Shown here in pieces: positions 10,645 through 19,913 of a stretch of DNA of 64,000 bases (position 1 is the first letter of the stretch; every line of letters begins with the position of its first letter). The notes under the pieces were generated by a model. It had not been told where the DNA came from and made no database searches. It worked only from the letters and a program-made list of their open reading frames with translations. The position numbers were made by a program, and so were the translations under genes. This stretch comes from a virus, in the IMG/VR virus record IMGVR_UViG_3300046694_000223, positions 1 to 64,000 of that record. The stretch is one strand, 5' to 3'.

Positions 10645-12912
10645 TTGAACTCCTCAATGATATTGAAAGGAGTTTTTTATCTGAAACATGTTTCTAATTT
10701 AGACATGGCCCAAAATGAAATACAAAATGCCAGACTTCAGAATCTAGCAACTGCTCCATCAAGCCCTGTCAGTGGTCAGGCTTATTTTAATACTACTGTT
10801 AATAAAGCATTTATGTGGAACGGAACCGTATGGGTTGAATTAACCAGTGTTGGAACGATCACATCTATTGTTGGTACTGCCCCTATTGGAGCCTCATTAA
10901 GTGGATCAACAGTAACAGTAAACATCTCTCCAGCCTCTGGTTTTGCCGCAGGATCGATGAGTTCAGCTGATTTTACAAAGTTGGCTGGAGTAGCTACGGG
11001 AGCCAATAACTATGTGCATCCAAATCATACTGGAGATGTTACTTCAACGGGCGACGGAGTTACTGCAATTACTGCTGGAGTTATCGTAGATGCAGACGTA
11101 AATAGTGCAGCAGCAATTGGATGGACTAAAATATCGAAAACAGGTTCATCACTTGCTGATTTAGCAACAAGGTCTGCTGGAGATTTATCAAGCGGAACAC
11201 TACTTGCTGCACGACTTCCTGCCCTTACTGGTGATGTTACCATGACAGCAGGGACAAATACGGTTGCAATTACTGCTGGCGCAATTATTGATGCAGATGT
11301 AAATACTTCTGCGAACATTGATATTACTAAGCTTGGTACAGGAATAGTAACAACAACTGAATTTAATTATCTGGACGGAGTCACAAGCGCAATCCAAACT
11401 CAGTTAAATGCTAAAGCTCCTATAAACAATCCGGCATTTACTGGAACTGTTACTCTAGCAGCCGACCCAACTTTGGCTCTACACGCAGCAACAAAACAAT
11501 ATGTCGATGCTTACAAGCAAGGCTTAGACTTTAAAGAATCTGTTAGAGTTGCGACTACTGTAAATATTACCTTAAGTGGCACACAAACCATTGATGGAGT
11601 TACTTTAGTTGCTGGAGACCGTGTATTGGTTAAGGATCAGACTACGGGTTCTCAAAACGGTATTTATGTTGTTGCCTCTGGTTCATGGACTCGTGCAACA
11701 GACGCAGATACTTCTGCAAAAGTTACATCTGGCTTGTTTACTTTTGTTGAATCTGGAACGGTCAACGACAACAATGGTTTTGTTCTAACCACAAATAATC
11801 CAATAACCCTTGGGACAACAGCATTAGTATTTACCCAATTTAGTGGTGCGGGTCAAATTATAACGGGTGCAGGATTAACTAAAAGCGGAAATACAATTTC
11901 TGTTATTCCTGCAACCACTACAACATTAGGTGGAATAATTGCAGGAACAAATTTATCCATTGACGGTAGTGGTGTTTTATCTGCGGACAATAATGCTGTT
12001 GATACTAACTATGTTATTAAGTATGAAGCATTTGTTGCTACAGAAAGTCAGACGGTATTTACATTAACAACTGGTACATACGTTCCCAATAAACATCGTG
12101 TCGATGTCAGACTGGCTAATTTATGGCAGGATGAAGATGCATATACCGAAACCTCTTCTACTGTTGTAACCTTAAATGCTGGTATTTCTGCTGGAACAAA
12201 AGTTGTAATTAAATATATTCAAGCATACTCTGGCACTCCATACCCCATTCATGGTAGTGACCATGTAACAGGCGGAATTGATGTCATTCCCGATGCTGTT
12301 GCTGGTGGTAATTCTGGATTAATGTCTGGAGCTATGCTAACTAAGCTTAATGGTATCGCTACTGGTGCAACTTTGGTAACTAATCCAGCAACTAATGGTG
12401 TTATCACCATTAATGGAGTTAACCAAACAGTCTATACTCATCCTTCGGGAGATGGCAATCTTCATGTACCTGCAAATGGTACAGGTAACGCTAATAAGAC
12501 TCTTAAGGCAACAGCCACAGCAGGAAGTTATATATGGGGTAGTGTGGCCTATTCAGAACTAACAGGATCAGGCTCTACAAACATTACAACATTAGGTACT
12601 GTCACCACAGGAACATGGAATGGTACAGCCATAGCTGTCGCTAATGGTGGTACTGGTGGCACAACTGTTGCGACAGCAAAGACGAACTTAGGGTTTATGA
12701 CAAGAGTTGCTGCTACTATTGGTAATGGAACACTCACATCAATTCCCGTAACTCATAATTTGGGAACTAGAGATATTCAAGTAGCTGTTTATGATGCGAC
12801 TACTTTTGAACTGGTGATTCCAGATATTACAATGACAAGTACAACGGTTGTGACAATAGATTTTGCTGTGGCCCCCACTACAAATCAATATAGAGTTGTG
12901 GTTATGGGATAA
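10645..12912 (+). CDS. Tail fibre protein
   Basis: Gly/Thr/Ala-rich; HAATKQYVD and KESVRVATT...GDRVLVKDQ..QNGIY fibre motifs. Probable CTG start at 10681 after aaaggag. Confidence 0.8.
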   Translation: MNSSMILKGVFYLKHVSNLDMAQNEIQNARLQNLATAPSSPVSGQAYFNTTVNKAFMWNGTVWVELTSVGTITSIVGTAPIGASLSGSTVTVNISPASGFAAGSMSSADFTKLAGVATGANNYVHPNHTGDVTSTGDGVTAITAGVIVDADVNSAAAIGWTKISKTGSSLADLATRSAGDLSSGTLLAARLPALTGDVTMTAGTNTVAITAGAIIDADVNTSANIDITKLGTGIVTTTEFNYLDGVTSAIQTQLNAKAPINNPAFTGTVTLAADPTLALHAATKQYVDAYKQGLDFKESVRVATTVNITLSGTQTIDGVTLVAGDRVLVKDQTTGSQNGIYVVASGSWTRATDADTSAKVTSGLFTFVESGTVNDNNGFVLTTNNPITLGTTALVFTQFSGAGQIITGAGLTKSGNTISVIPATTTTLGGIIAGTNLSIDGSGVLSADNNAVDTNYVIKYEAFVATESQTVFTLTTGTYVPNKHRVDVRLANLWQDEDAYTETSSTVVTLNAGISAGTKVVIKYIQAYSGTPYPIHGSDHVTGGIDVIPDAVAGGNSGLMSGAMLTKLNGIATGATLVTNPATNGVITINGVNQTVYTHPSGDGNLHVPANGTGNANKTLKATATAGSYIWGSVAYSELTGSGSTNITTLGTVTTGTWNGTAIAVANGGTGGTTVATAKTNLGFMTRVAATIGNGTLTSIPVTHNLGTRDIQVAVYDATTFELVIPDITMTSTTVVTIDFAVAPTTNQYRVVVMG

Positions 12913-12939
12913 ATATATTAAAGGGAGATTTAAATATAT

Positions 12940-13251
12940 ATGAGATATCAATTTAATGATCAACAATTGGATAATTTCAAGAAGATTTCTGACATTTCAC
13001 TAAGATATTCGGGGTACGGAAGACTTGAACAAATTATTCATATTGTAAACATATTAAATAAAAATGAAGAAGGTATTTGCCAGTTTACTAATATTGATAT
13101 GACAATCTTGGAGCAAATTTTTGATGCTGCAATCAAATCAAACGGACTAGGCGTTGCAGATGCAATACTTGAATTGACAAATGTTCTTCGTTCTCCAATT
13201 CAAGATGAGGTAAAAAAGGAAGAAGAAAAAATAATTGATATTGAAAGTTAA
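12940..13251 (+). CDS. Hypothetical protein, possible fibre chaperone
   Basis: Small ORF with RBS between two fibre genes. Confidence 0.5.
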   Translation: MRYQFNDQQLDNFKKISDISLRYSGYGRLEQIIHIVNILNKNEEGICQFTNIDMTILEQIFDAAIKSNGLGVADAILELTNVLRSPIQDEVKKEEEKIIDIES

Positions 13252-13263
13252 GGAGGCGATTCT

Positions 13264-14178
13264 TTGAAGTCTTTAGATGCCTCAATTTTTACGGATGCTA
13301 CAATAACAAGTTTAACAGCAAGCAGAGCATTGGTTACAGACGCAAATAAAAAAATTGTATCTTCAACAACTACAGCGGTGGAAGTTGGATATTTAAGTGG
13401 AGTTACTTCGCTAATCCAAGGTCAGATTAATGGTAAGCAATCCACCTCAGAGAAGGGTGCTGCTAATGGATATGCTCCACTTGACTCAAGCGGATTTCTT
13501 CCTGGAGCCTATTCTGAGGCATTAACGGGTGATATTACTTCTGCTGCTGGCAGTAGTGTAACTGCTATCAGTGCTGGAGTAATAGTTGATGCCGATATAA
13601 ATTCATCGGCTGCTATTGGATGGACTAAAATAAGTAAAACAGGTTCATCTCTTCTTGACTTAGCAACTAGATCAGCATCTGATCTGTCTAGCGGAACACT
13701 TCTGGCAGCTAGACTCCCAGCATTATCTGGAGATATTACAATGGCGGCTGGCACTAGTACAGCAGCGATTACGGCGGGAGTTATTGTTGATGCAGATATC
13801 AATGCTTCTGCCGCAATAACATGGACCAAGATTTCAAAGACTGGTTCATCTTTGGCTGACTTAATTACTCGTTCGGCAGGCGATTTGAGTAGTGGTACTC
13901 TATTAGCTGCTCGTATGCCAGCGTTAACTGGCGATATAACAATGACCGCTGGAACCACTACAACTGCTATAGCAGCGGGAGTTATTGTAAATGCCGATAT
14001 TAACGCATCGGCACAAATAGACGCTACTAAGATTGGTACGGCAGGAATCACCAATACTGAGTTTGGATATTTAGATGGAGTTACAAGTAATATACAGACC
14101 CAATTAAATAGTAAAAATGGTTTATACATAGGAACAACAGCACCAACAAACACGTCATTTTTGTGGCAGCAAATATAA
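13264..14178 (+). CDS. Short tail fibre with tandem 67-aa repeats
   Basis: Repeat ALxGDIT...WTKISKTGSSL...GTLLAARxP; EKGAANGYAPLD fibre motif. Confidence 0.75.
   Translation: MKSLDASIFTDATITSLTASRALVTDANKKIVSSTTTAVEVGYLSGVTSLIQGQINGKQSTSEKGAANGYAPLDSSGFLPGAYSEALTGDITSAAGSSVTAISAGVIVDADINSSAAIGWTKISKTGSSLLDLATRSASDLSSGTLLAARLPALSGDITMAAGTSTAAITAGVIVDADINASAAITWTKISKTGSSLADLITRSAGDLSSGTLLAARMPALTGDITMTAGTTTTAIAAGVIVNADINASAQIDATKIGTAGITNTEFGYLDGVTSNIQTQLNSKNGLYIGTTAPTNTSFLWQQI
13519..14110 (+). repeat. 201-bp (67-codon) tandem coding repeat, about 2.5 units
   Basis: Units start at 13519, 13720 and 13921; a homologous unit lies at about 11026-11415. Confidence 0.85.
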
Positions 14179-14218
14179 ATAAATATAATGTTTTATATTA
14201 AGGAGTGAAGAAATATAA

Positions 14219-15742
14219 ATGGCAAATCAACCACTAAAAAGATATGATACGGCTACTTCAACATGGGTGGGGATAACGTCTGGATCAGTTTCAGACGGAA
14301 CAACAGAGTATACAGTAAGCGATATTACTGCCATAAATACACAACTCGCTTTAGCCGTAAAAAAAGGAGATTTATTTTTTAACATTAAAGATTATGGAGC
14401 GCTTAGCAACGGGACTGATGCCACCTCTTTTGTTCAAAGCGTGGTTAACGCAGCCCCCTATGGTAGCACAATATGGATTCCTACCGGAACCTTTAAAATT
14501 TCTCAAATTAATATATCAAGTAAGTTAGGGCTTACATTTACTGGAGTAGGAGAATTAAAGTCTAGAGCAGATGTTCTATCTGGAGTTACAAGTATTAACG
14601 CTATGTTTAACATTTCTTCTTCGAATGATATAACAATCGAAAAACTAAAGATAAGCGGAATGAGATCAGGCATTGATGATCGTGCTATTTGGATTACCGA
14701 CTCGTCAAATATCAATATAAGAGAAAACAGAATTACAAATTTTGGACAAGAAGCAATGATGTTGTGGGGATCAAACAGTGCAACTGAACCAACTAACCAC
14801 ATATATGATAATTATTTCTATTCGAATAATTACGCGATTAAGTTGCAAACCAATGCAGAATATTATCACATTCATCGCAATAAATTCATCAGTAATACAT
14901 GGGGCATTATTGGTTCATTTAGCAATTGTAGGTTTGATAATAACATGGCTTTACTAAATGATTATGGAGTATATCTCGATAGTAGTATGGGTTCTAATCC
15001 AGATCATACTTCGTTTAGTGGGAATGTTATTAACCATAACAAGATTATTGGGGCTTTAATTGCAAACACCGTAAATGGCATGCAAGTTGTAGACAATCAA
15101 TTTCTTTCAACAGTTGGTGGTACTTGGCCCACAACTGGTAAAGCCCACTCACTGGTTCTTATTAATGTCAAAGATATATCATTCATAGGAAATCGTGTCG
15201 ATGCTGATGCATCAACAAGCAGCTATATCTATGTAAGTGGTCATAGTGAATGTAGATATATTGGGAATACTTTTTTTGGTGGGAATTTCAAAGAAGTAAC
15301 TGTTGCTACCGGAATCAACGTTTTTACTGGTAATAGATTCTTAACAGGAAGCTCTTTAGCATTATATGCTTCATCTCCTAAACCACTAAGAATGGGAGAT
15401 ATTGAAGGTTCAGTTTTCATAAACGATACATCTAGTGCGTTATCAATCATAACTCTAACCAAACAAGGTGGTTGGGTTAATGTATCCGGTTTTGATACTC
15501 TTAAGGCATGGAAAGATTCTGATGGAATGGTTCACATTCAAGGAAGTGTTATGAGTGGAGCTGTGGGTTCCTATATTGCAACGCTACCGTCTAATCTTTG
15601 GCCTGCCGCAATAATAGATATTGCCTGTAGCGCCAATAATACTGGAGATAATGCTTCAGTTCGTGTGTATACGAATGGGAATATCCAGCATCTTTCCGGT
15701 GGAAACACGTTAGTATCAATTAATGGTTCATTTAGGCCATAA
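14219..15742 (+). CDS. Tail spike/receptor-binding protein, right-handed beta-helix (pectate-lyase-like)
   Basis: FNIKDYGA..G.D.T motif, many Asn-rich beta-helix turns, C-terminal GMVHIQG..IATLP..P module. Confidence 0.8.
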   Translation: MANQPLKRYDTATSTWVGITSGSVSDGTTEYTVSDITAINTQLALAVKKGDLFFNIKDYGALSNGTDATSFVQSVVNAAPYGSTIWIPTGTFKISQINISSKLGLTFTGVGELKSRADVLSGVTSINAMFNISSSNDITIEKLKISGMRSGIDDRAIWITDSSNINIRENRITNFGQEAMMLWGSNSATEPTNHIYDNYFYSNNYAIKLQTNAEYYHIHRNKFISNTWGIIGSFSNCRFDNNMALLNDYGVYLDSSMGSNPDHTSFSGNVINHNKIIGALIANTVNGMQVVDNQFLSTVGGTWPTTGKAHSLVLINVKDISFIGNRVDADASTSSYIYVSGHSECRYIGNTFFGGNFKEVTVATGINVFTGNRFLTGSSLALYASSPKPLRMGDIEGSVFINDTSSALSIITLTKQGGWVNVSGFDTLKAWKDSDGMVHIQGSVMSGAVGSYIATLPSNLWPAAIIDIACSANNTGDNASVRVYTNGNIQHLSGGNTLVSINGSFRP

Positions 15743-15866
15743 TAAACATAAATACATATAGTATTATAAAATAGGAATTTCATAAGGAAATACGTCAAAA
15801 AAGTCCGCATAAACACTGGGTTTTTTGAGAGGTAAAATCAGAAAAATCGAATATTTGAGTAAAAGT

Positions 15867-15894
15867 GAGGGACGCAGGAATGTGTCTCTTTTTT
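15867..15894 (+). terminator. Intrinsic terminator after the tail operon
   Basis: gagggacgca-ggaa-tgtgtctctt followed by a T run. Confidence 0.6.
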
Positions 15895-15945
15895 GTTTGG
15901 AAAAATATCACTTATATGCAATATATAAGGCTGGAGGACGTTAAT

Positions 15946-16476
15946 GTGTATGATGTATTAAAGAAATTAGGAATAGCATTCGGTGGATCAGTTATCACCT
16001 ATGCTTTCGGAGGTTGGAGTGATGCTCTGGGACTGTTAGCAATGTTAACAATTTTTGACTACATTACCGGGGTGTCTGCCTCTATCTACGAACGTATGAA
16101 GAATCCCAATGATCCAACCAAGGGGTTGAATTCAAACAAAGGGTTTTGGGGAATATTCAAAAAGTTCTTAATGTTCATGGTCATTGCCGTAATGTATAGA
16201 TTTGATATGTTACTTGGGTTAACGGGAAACTTAGGATTTATGATCGGGGCTGTTTATTTTTATATGCTCAATGAACTGATCTCATTAGTTGAAAATCTTG
16301 GACGTATGGATGTGAAAATGCCAGCACAAGTTAAGATGATTATCGGCGTACTGAATACTAAGAGTAATACAGCTCCAGACATTGCAAAAGAGAATGACGA
16401 ATCCACTCCCTCCACCCCCACTTTAACCGTTGTCCCTGACCCAGAGGTAAATAATAATGAAGAAACTACGGCATAA
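15946..16476 (+). CDS. Holin (toxin secretion/phage lysis holin family)
   Basis: FGGW...DYITGV...LNSNKGFWGIFKK...NELISLVENLGRM; GTG start after ggagg. Confidence 0.9.
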   Translation: MYDVLKKLGIAFGGSVITYAFGGWSDALGLLAMLTIFDYITGVSASIYERMKNPNDPTKGLNSNKGFWGIFKKFLMFMVIAVMYRFDMLLGLTGNLGFMIGAVYFYMLNELISLVENLGRMDVKMPAQVKMIIGVLNTKSNTAPDIAKENDESTPSTPTLTVVPDPEVNNNEETTA

Positions 16477-16571
16477 AAAAGACGACTGTATTGTATCGCC
16501 CTGCTTGAGCATCAACAATGAAATCGTCTCAAATGCATCATAACATAAATATGAAGAGGAGTGTGTGATAA

Positions 16572-17294
16572 ATGTTAACGTTAGAACAGTTAATGAATAA
16601 ATCTGCTTCTAGAATTGCAGGTCTGCATCCTGTATTGCAAGAAGCCACAAAAGTGCTTATTGAGAATTGTTATAGAAAAGGTATTTGTATTCAGATTACT
16701 CAGGGACTTCGCACAATTGCCGAACAAGATGCTCTCTACGCTCAAGGAAGAACTAAACCAGGAAACATTGTGACGAATGCCAAAGGTGGAACCAGTTTTC
16801 ATAACTTTGGCGTAGCTATTGATTTCGTACTTATTCTTCCTGATGGTAAAAATGTAACTTGGGATTTAAAAACAGACTTCAATAGTAACAATGTTAAAGA
16901 TTGGACTGAAGTTGTTGACGAAGCTAAAAAGTTGGGATTTGAATGGGGTGGAGATTGGGTTTCTATCAAAGATTATCCACATTTTCAAATGACTTTTGGT
17001 CTCTCCACTTCTCAATACAGATCAGGTAAAACTCCAACTCAGAAACAAATTAATGATGCTTTGGCAGTAATTAATAAATATAAGTACGTTACACCAGCAG
17101 TAACTCCTCCACAACCAACAGTAAAGGATGATGATCAAGTGGAAAAAGTAAAGATTGTCTACACAAAAGATAATACTCTTGTTGATGGATTCATGAAAGA
17201 TGGCACGAACTATGTATCTGTTGCCGCACTAAAAGAATTGGGACTTATTAAAGCTACTTGGGACAATGTTAATAAGAAACTCTACATCAATTAA
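16572..17294 (+). CDS. Endolysin, M15 family L-Ala-D-Glu peptidase
   Basis: GLRTIAEQDALYAQGRT, SFHNFGVAID and WGGDW...DYPHFQ motifs. Confidence 0.93.
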   Translation: MLTLEQLMNKSASRIAGLHPVLQEATKVLIENCYRKGICIQITQGLRTIAEQDALYAQGRTKPGNIVTNAKGGTSFHNFGVAIDFVLILPDGKNVTWDLKTDFNSNNVKDWTEVVDEAKKLGFEWGGDWVSIKDYPHFQMTFGLSTSQYRSGKTPTQKQINDALAVINKYKYVTPAVTPPQPTVKDDDQVEKVKIVYTKDNTLVDGFMKDGTNYVSVAALKELGLIKATWDNVNKKLYIN

Positions 17295-17325
17295 TTTAAA
17301 TAACTAAATATATGGAGGAATCATA

Positions 17326-17724
17326 ATGAATGACTTATACATCATTGCTGGAGTCACCCTACTCGTTGTTGCCGGATTCTTCGTCATTCCCTGGGTGAAT
17401 AAAAAGGGATGGATCACAATCAAGAATGTTGAGACTGTTCTGAGTCTGACCAATATCGAACGTTTAGTTGTAGACATCCTTCCTATCGCAGATAAGTATA
17501 AAGAGAAAGCTAATTTTGTACTTGATGTTGCTGCTGAGACAGTTGAATACGTGAATACATATGCTAATGACACACTATCAGAAGATGATAAACTCGTACT
17601 TTCATTGAGTGTTATTGATGGTATTTGTGAACATTTTGGAGTCAAACCTAATGTTCAGGAAAAGAAATTGATCGGAATCTTGGTAAAACAGGGATTGGAG
17701 TTTGCCGGAAAAGTAAATCAGTAA
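17326..17724 (+). CDS. Second holin-like membrane protein
   Basis: Single N-terminal TM helix; follows the endolysin. Confidence 0.5.
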   Translation: MNDLYIIAGVTLLVVAGFFVIPWVNKKGWITIKNVETVLSLTNIERLVVDILPIADKYKEKANFVLDVAAETVEYVNTYANDTLSEDDKLVLSLSVIDGICEHFGVKPNVQEKKLIGILVKQGLEFAGKVNQ

Positions 17725-17802
17725 ATATAGTTAATATAATTATTTTGGTGAGAGGAGATATATTCTCCTCCACTGAACCCAACACAAGGAGATGAAAGAA
17801 AA

Positions 17803-18081
17803 ATGGCAGGAAAGTATGCAGGATATAATGGAGATCGTCAAGTGAGCACAGAAAATCAAGAAATCCTTACAATTATTGACCCAAGTTTAACATTCCCGAG
17901 AGGCATTTATCATGAATTCTCATTTCTAAACAACGAGGCATGTACTGTGAAAATTAACAACAGTTCCCCTATCCCACTTGATGCCGACCAAGGAGTACAA
18001 ATAAACAGAGATGATACCAAATTATATTCCTTTATTATTGTTGAATCTGGGATCAATTATAAATGGTTTGGAAAATACTAA
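17803..18081 (+). CDS. Hypothetical beta-rich protein
   Basis: ORF with RBS aaggag. Confidence 0.55.
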   Translation: MAGKYAGYNGDRQVSTENQEILTIIDPSLTFPRGIYHEFSFLNNEACTVKINNSSPIPLDADQGVQINRDDTKLYSFIIVESGINYKWFGKY

Positions 18082-18103
18082 AACTTGAAAGTGTGGTGAA
18101 AAC

Positions 18104-18490
18104 ATGTTTGAGAATAGTCTAAGAACAGTTCAGAAGGTCACAGTTATCGGCGGTTCAACAAATCCCCCCTCGTCTCCAGTATCCTTTACTCTTGTTAATG
18201 CAGCAACTTCTACAACAACAGGAACATATTCTATTAATGGAAAATCGTCTATCACAATTGAAATATACGGAACGGCAACTAGCGCTACAGTTGATTTTAA
18301 ATGTGTGTCAGAAAGCGGAGCACAGATTCCCATCTCTGGATACAGAGTATCTGATTTTGAAATTGGCACATCTGGTGGAATGAATGAAATTTGGACGTTC
18401 ACAAACACGGAAAACCTTGTATCATTTATTGTCAGTTTGTCCTCTGTTACGGGTGGAAACGTAAGTATCAAAGGAAGGACTGGTGGATAA
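18104..18490 (+). CDS. Hypothetical, probable virion-associated beta-sandwich protein
   Basis: Ser/Thr-rich; coupled to the downstream SGNH gene. Confidence 0.5.
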   Translation: MFENSLRTVQKVTVIGGSTNPPSSPVSFTLVNAATSTTTGTYSINGKSSITIEIYGTATSATVDFKCVSESGAQIPISGYRVSDFEIGTSGGMNEIWTFTNTENLVSFIVSLSSVTGGNVSIKGRTGG

Positions 18491-18492
18491 TC

Positions 18493-19608
18493 ATGGATGC
18501 AGTATCATTAGCGGCAGCAAAAAAATGGGCCGATCAACAAAACCAAGCCTTCGGATATAACATGAAGGATTCACTTATTGATTATCGTATTGGCTTGTCT
18601 GAAAGAGCATCTACTCCATGTAAAATATATTGTATTGGAGATTCGATTACCAGAGGAGAATTTACGTCTGACGAACCTAATACGGCATGGGCTTGTGTAT
18701 TGAGAAAGTCTCTTCAAGCAAAGTATGGCAATGCTGGTGAAGGATTCATTAATGTGTATGAAGGCACTCTACCTGCGGGATCGCACTCACGAGTTACTTT
18801 TGGAGCAGGTTGGGCATTGTCTCCTGGTTCCAAGTCGGGATTTGGTGGTTGTTACGCCAATTCTACAGGAGCTACTACTCCGCTAACGATTAACTTTACT
18901 GGCGACAAATTCACGATTATCTACACAAAAGGCCCAACAGGTGGTAATGCAGATGTAAAAATAGATGGAACATCGATTGGCACACTTAGTTGTACAGGAG
19001 CAACAATTACTTTTAATAATTATCAAACATTTACAGGATTAACGGTAGGTGCTCATGTATTAACTATTGTCCCAGCAAATACTACTCAAGTTTGGGTGCA
19101 AGGAATACTTGCAGAAATATCAGCTACAGGAGTTCAAGTACACAGAATTGGATACTCTGGTTATGTTTCTGGAGATTGGAATAATGCGAATACTAAAGCG
19201 TCTTGGGCTGGTAAGCCACCTCATCTCGCTATAATTGCACTAGGAATAAATGATGGCGGAACAGGTGTTAGCTTAACAACATATAAAAATAATATGGAAG
19301 CCTTGGTTCAACACTTTATAAGTGTAGGTTCAAGCGTTATTCTACTTCCTTATATGACATCTGGATCAGGATGGGCAACTGCTTGGCCTAACTACGTAAA
19401 GGTAAATTATGAATTGAGTAAAAAATATAATACTGGATTGATAGATATATATCAAGCTTGGGGAAAGTCATATACTTTTGCCCAAACAAGAGGACTGTAT
19501 GGTCCAGCCACTAATGATTTTACAGGTGCAAGTGGTTCAAATACTGCACATCCAGGAGACAAGGGTCATAGATACATTGCAAGTATTGTTGAGAAGAATT
19601 TGATTTAG
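18493..19608 (+). CDS. SGNH/GDSL hydrolase (esterase/deacetylase-like)
   Basis: IGDSIT (block I), LGIND (block III), HPGDKGH (block V). Confidence 0.85.
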   Translation: MDAVSLAAAKKWADQQNQAFGYNMKDSLIDYRIGLSERASTPCKIYCIGDSITRGEFTSDEPNTAWACVLRKSLQAKYGNAGEGFINVYEGTLPAGSHSRVTFGAGWALSPGSKSGFGGCYANSTGATTPLTINFTGDKFTIIYTKGPTGGNADVKIDGTSIGTLSCTGATITFNNYQTFTGLTVGAHVLTIVPANTTQVWVQGILAEISATGVQVHRIGYSGYVSGDWNNANTKASWAGKPPHLAIIALGINDGGTGVSLTTYKNNMEALVQHFISVGSSVILLPYMTSGSGWATAWPNYVKVNYELSKKYNTGLIDIYQAWGKSYTFAQTRGLYGPATNDFTGASGSNTAHPGDKGHRYIASIVEKNLI

Positions 19609-19646
19609 GTTTTTTGGGATGGATAAAGATATATTGAATGTTATGG

Positions 19647-19673
19647 AGAGGTGCAGAAATGCGCCTCTTTTTT
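19647..19673 (+). terminator. Intrinsic terminator
   Basis: agaggtgca-gaaa-tgcgcctct followed by a T run. Confidence 0.8.
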
Positions 19674-19726
19674 GTGTTTTAAAAATTTAACAAAGAATAA
19701 ATATTTCAATGGAGGCTAACTGCTTT

Positions 19727-19912
19727 ATGAAGAATAATCACGATTTATTTTATTGCTACAATCCAAAACTTGCTAGATTTTTAAAGTGCAAAGACGGAAC
19801 CACATTTTTAACCAAGGCTAGACATTTAGAGACGAACAACATATTTTATTTATTTGTTGTTAATGACAAACTTCAACACGCTTTAGAAGAGTTTAAGGCA
19901 GTTAGTCAATAA
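19727..19912 (+). CDS. Small protein (DUF5659-like)
   Basis: FYCYNPKLARFL...FYLF...LQHALEEF pattern; RBS ggagg. Confidence 0.5.
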   Translation: MKNNHDLFYCYNPKLARFLKCKDGTTFLTKARHLETNNIFYLFVVNDKLQHALEEFKAVSQ

Positions 19913-19913
19913 T

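Noticed and set aside
10645-15742. Diversity-generating retroelement or invertase shufflon acting on fibres
   Set aside because: No reverse transcriptase, no adenine-specific TR/VR pair and no inverted alternative 3' ends; the repeats differ mainly at synonymous positions.
418-18471. Antisense and alternate-frame ORFs inside late genes (e.g. 13509-14153 -, 1597-2016 -)
   Set aside because: Shadow ORFs of well-supported + strand genes, with no recognisable motifs.
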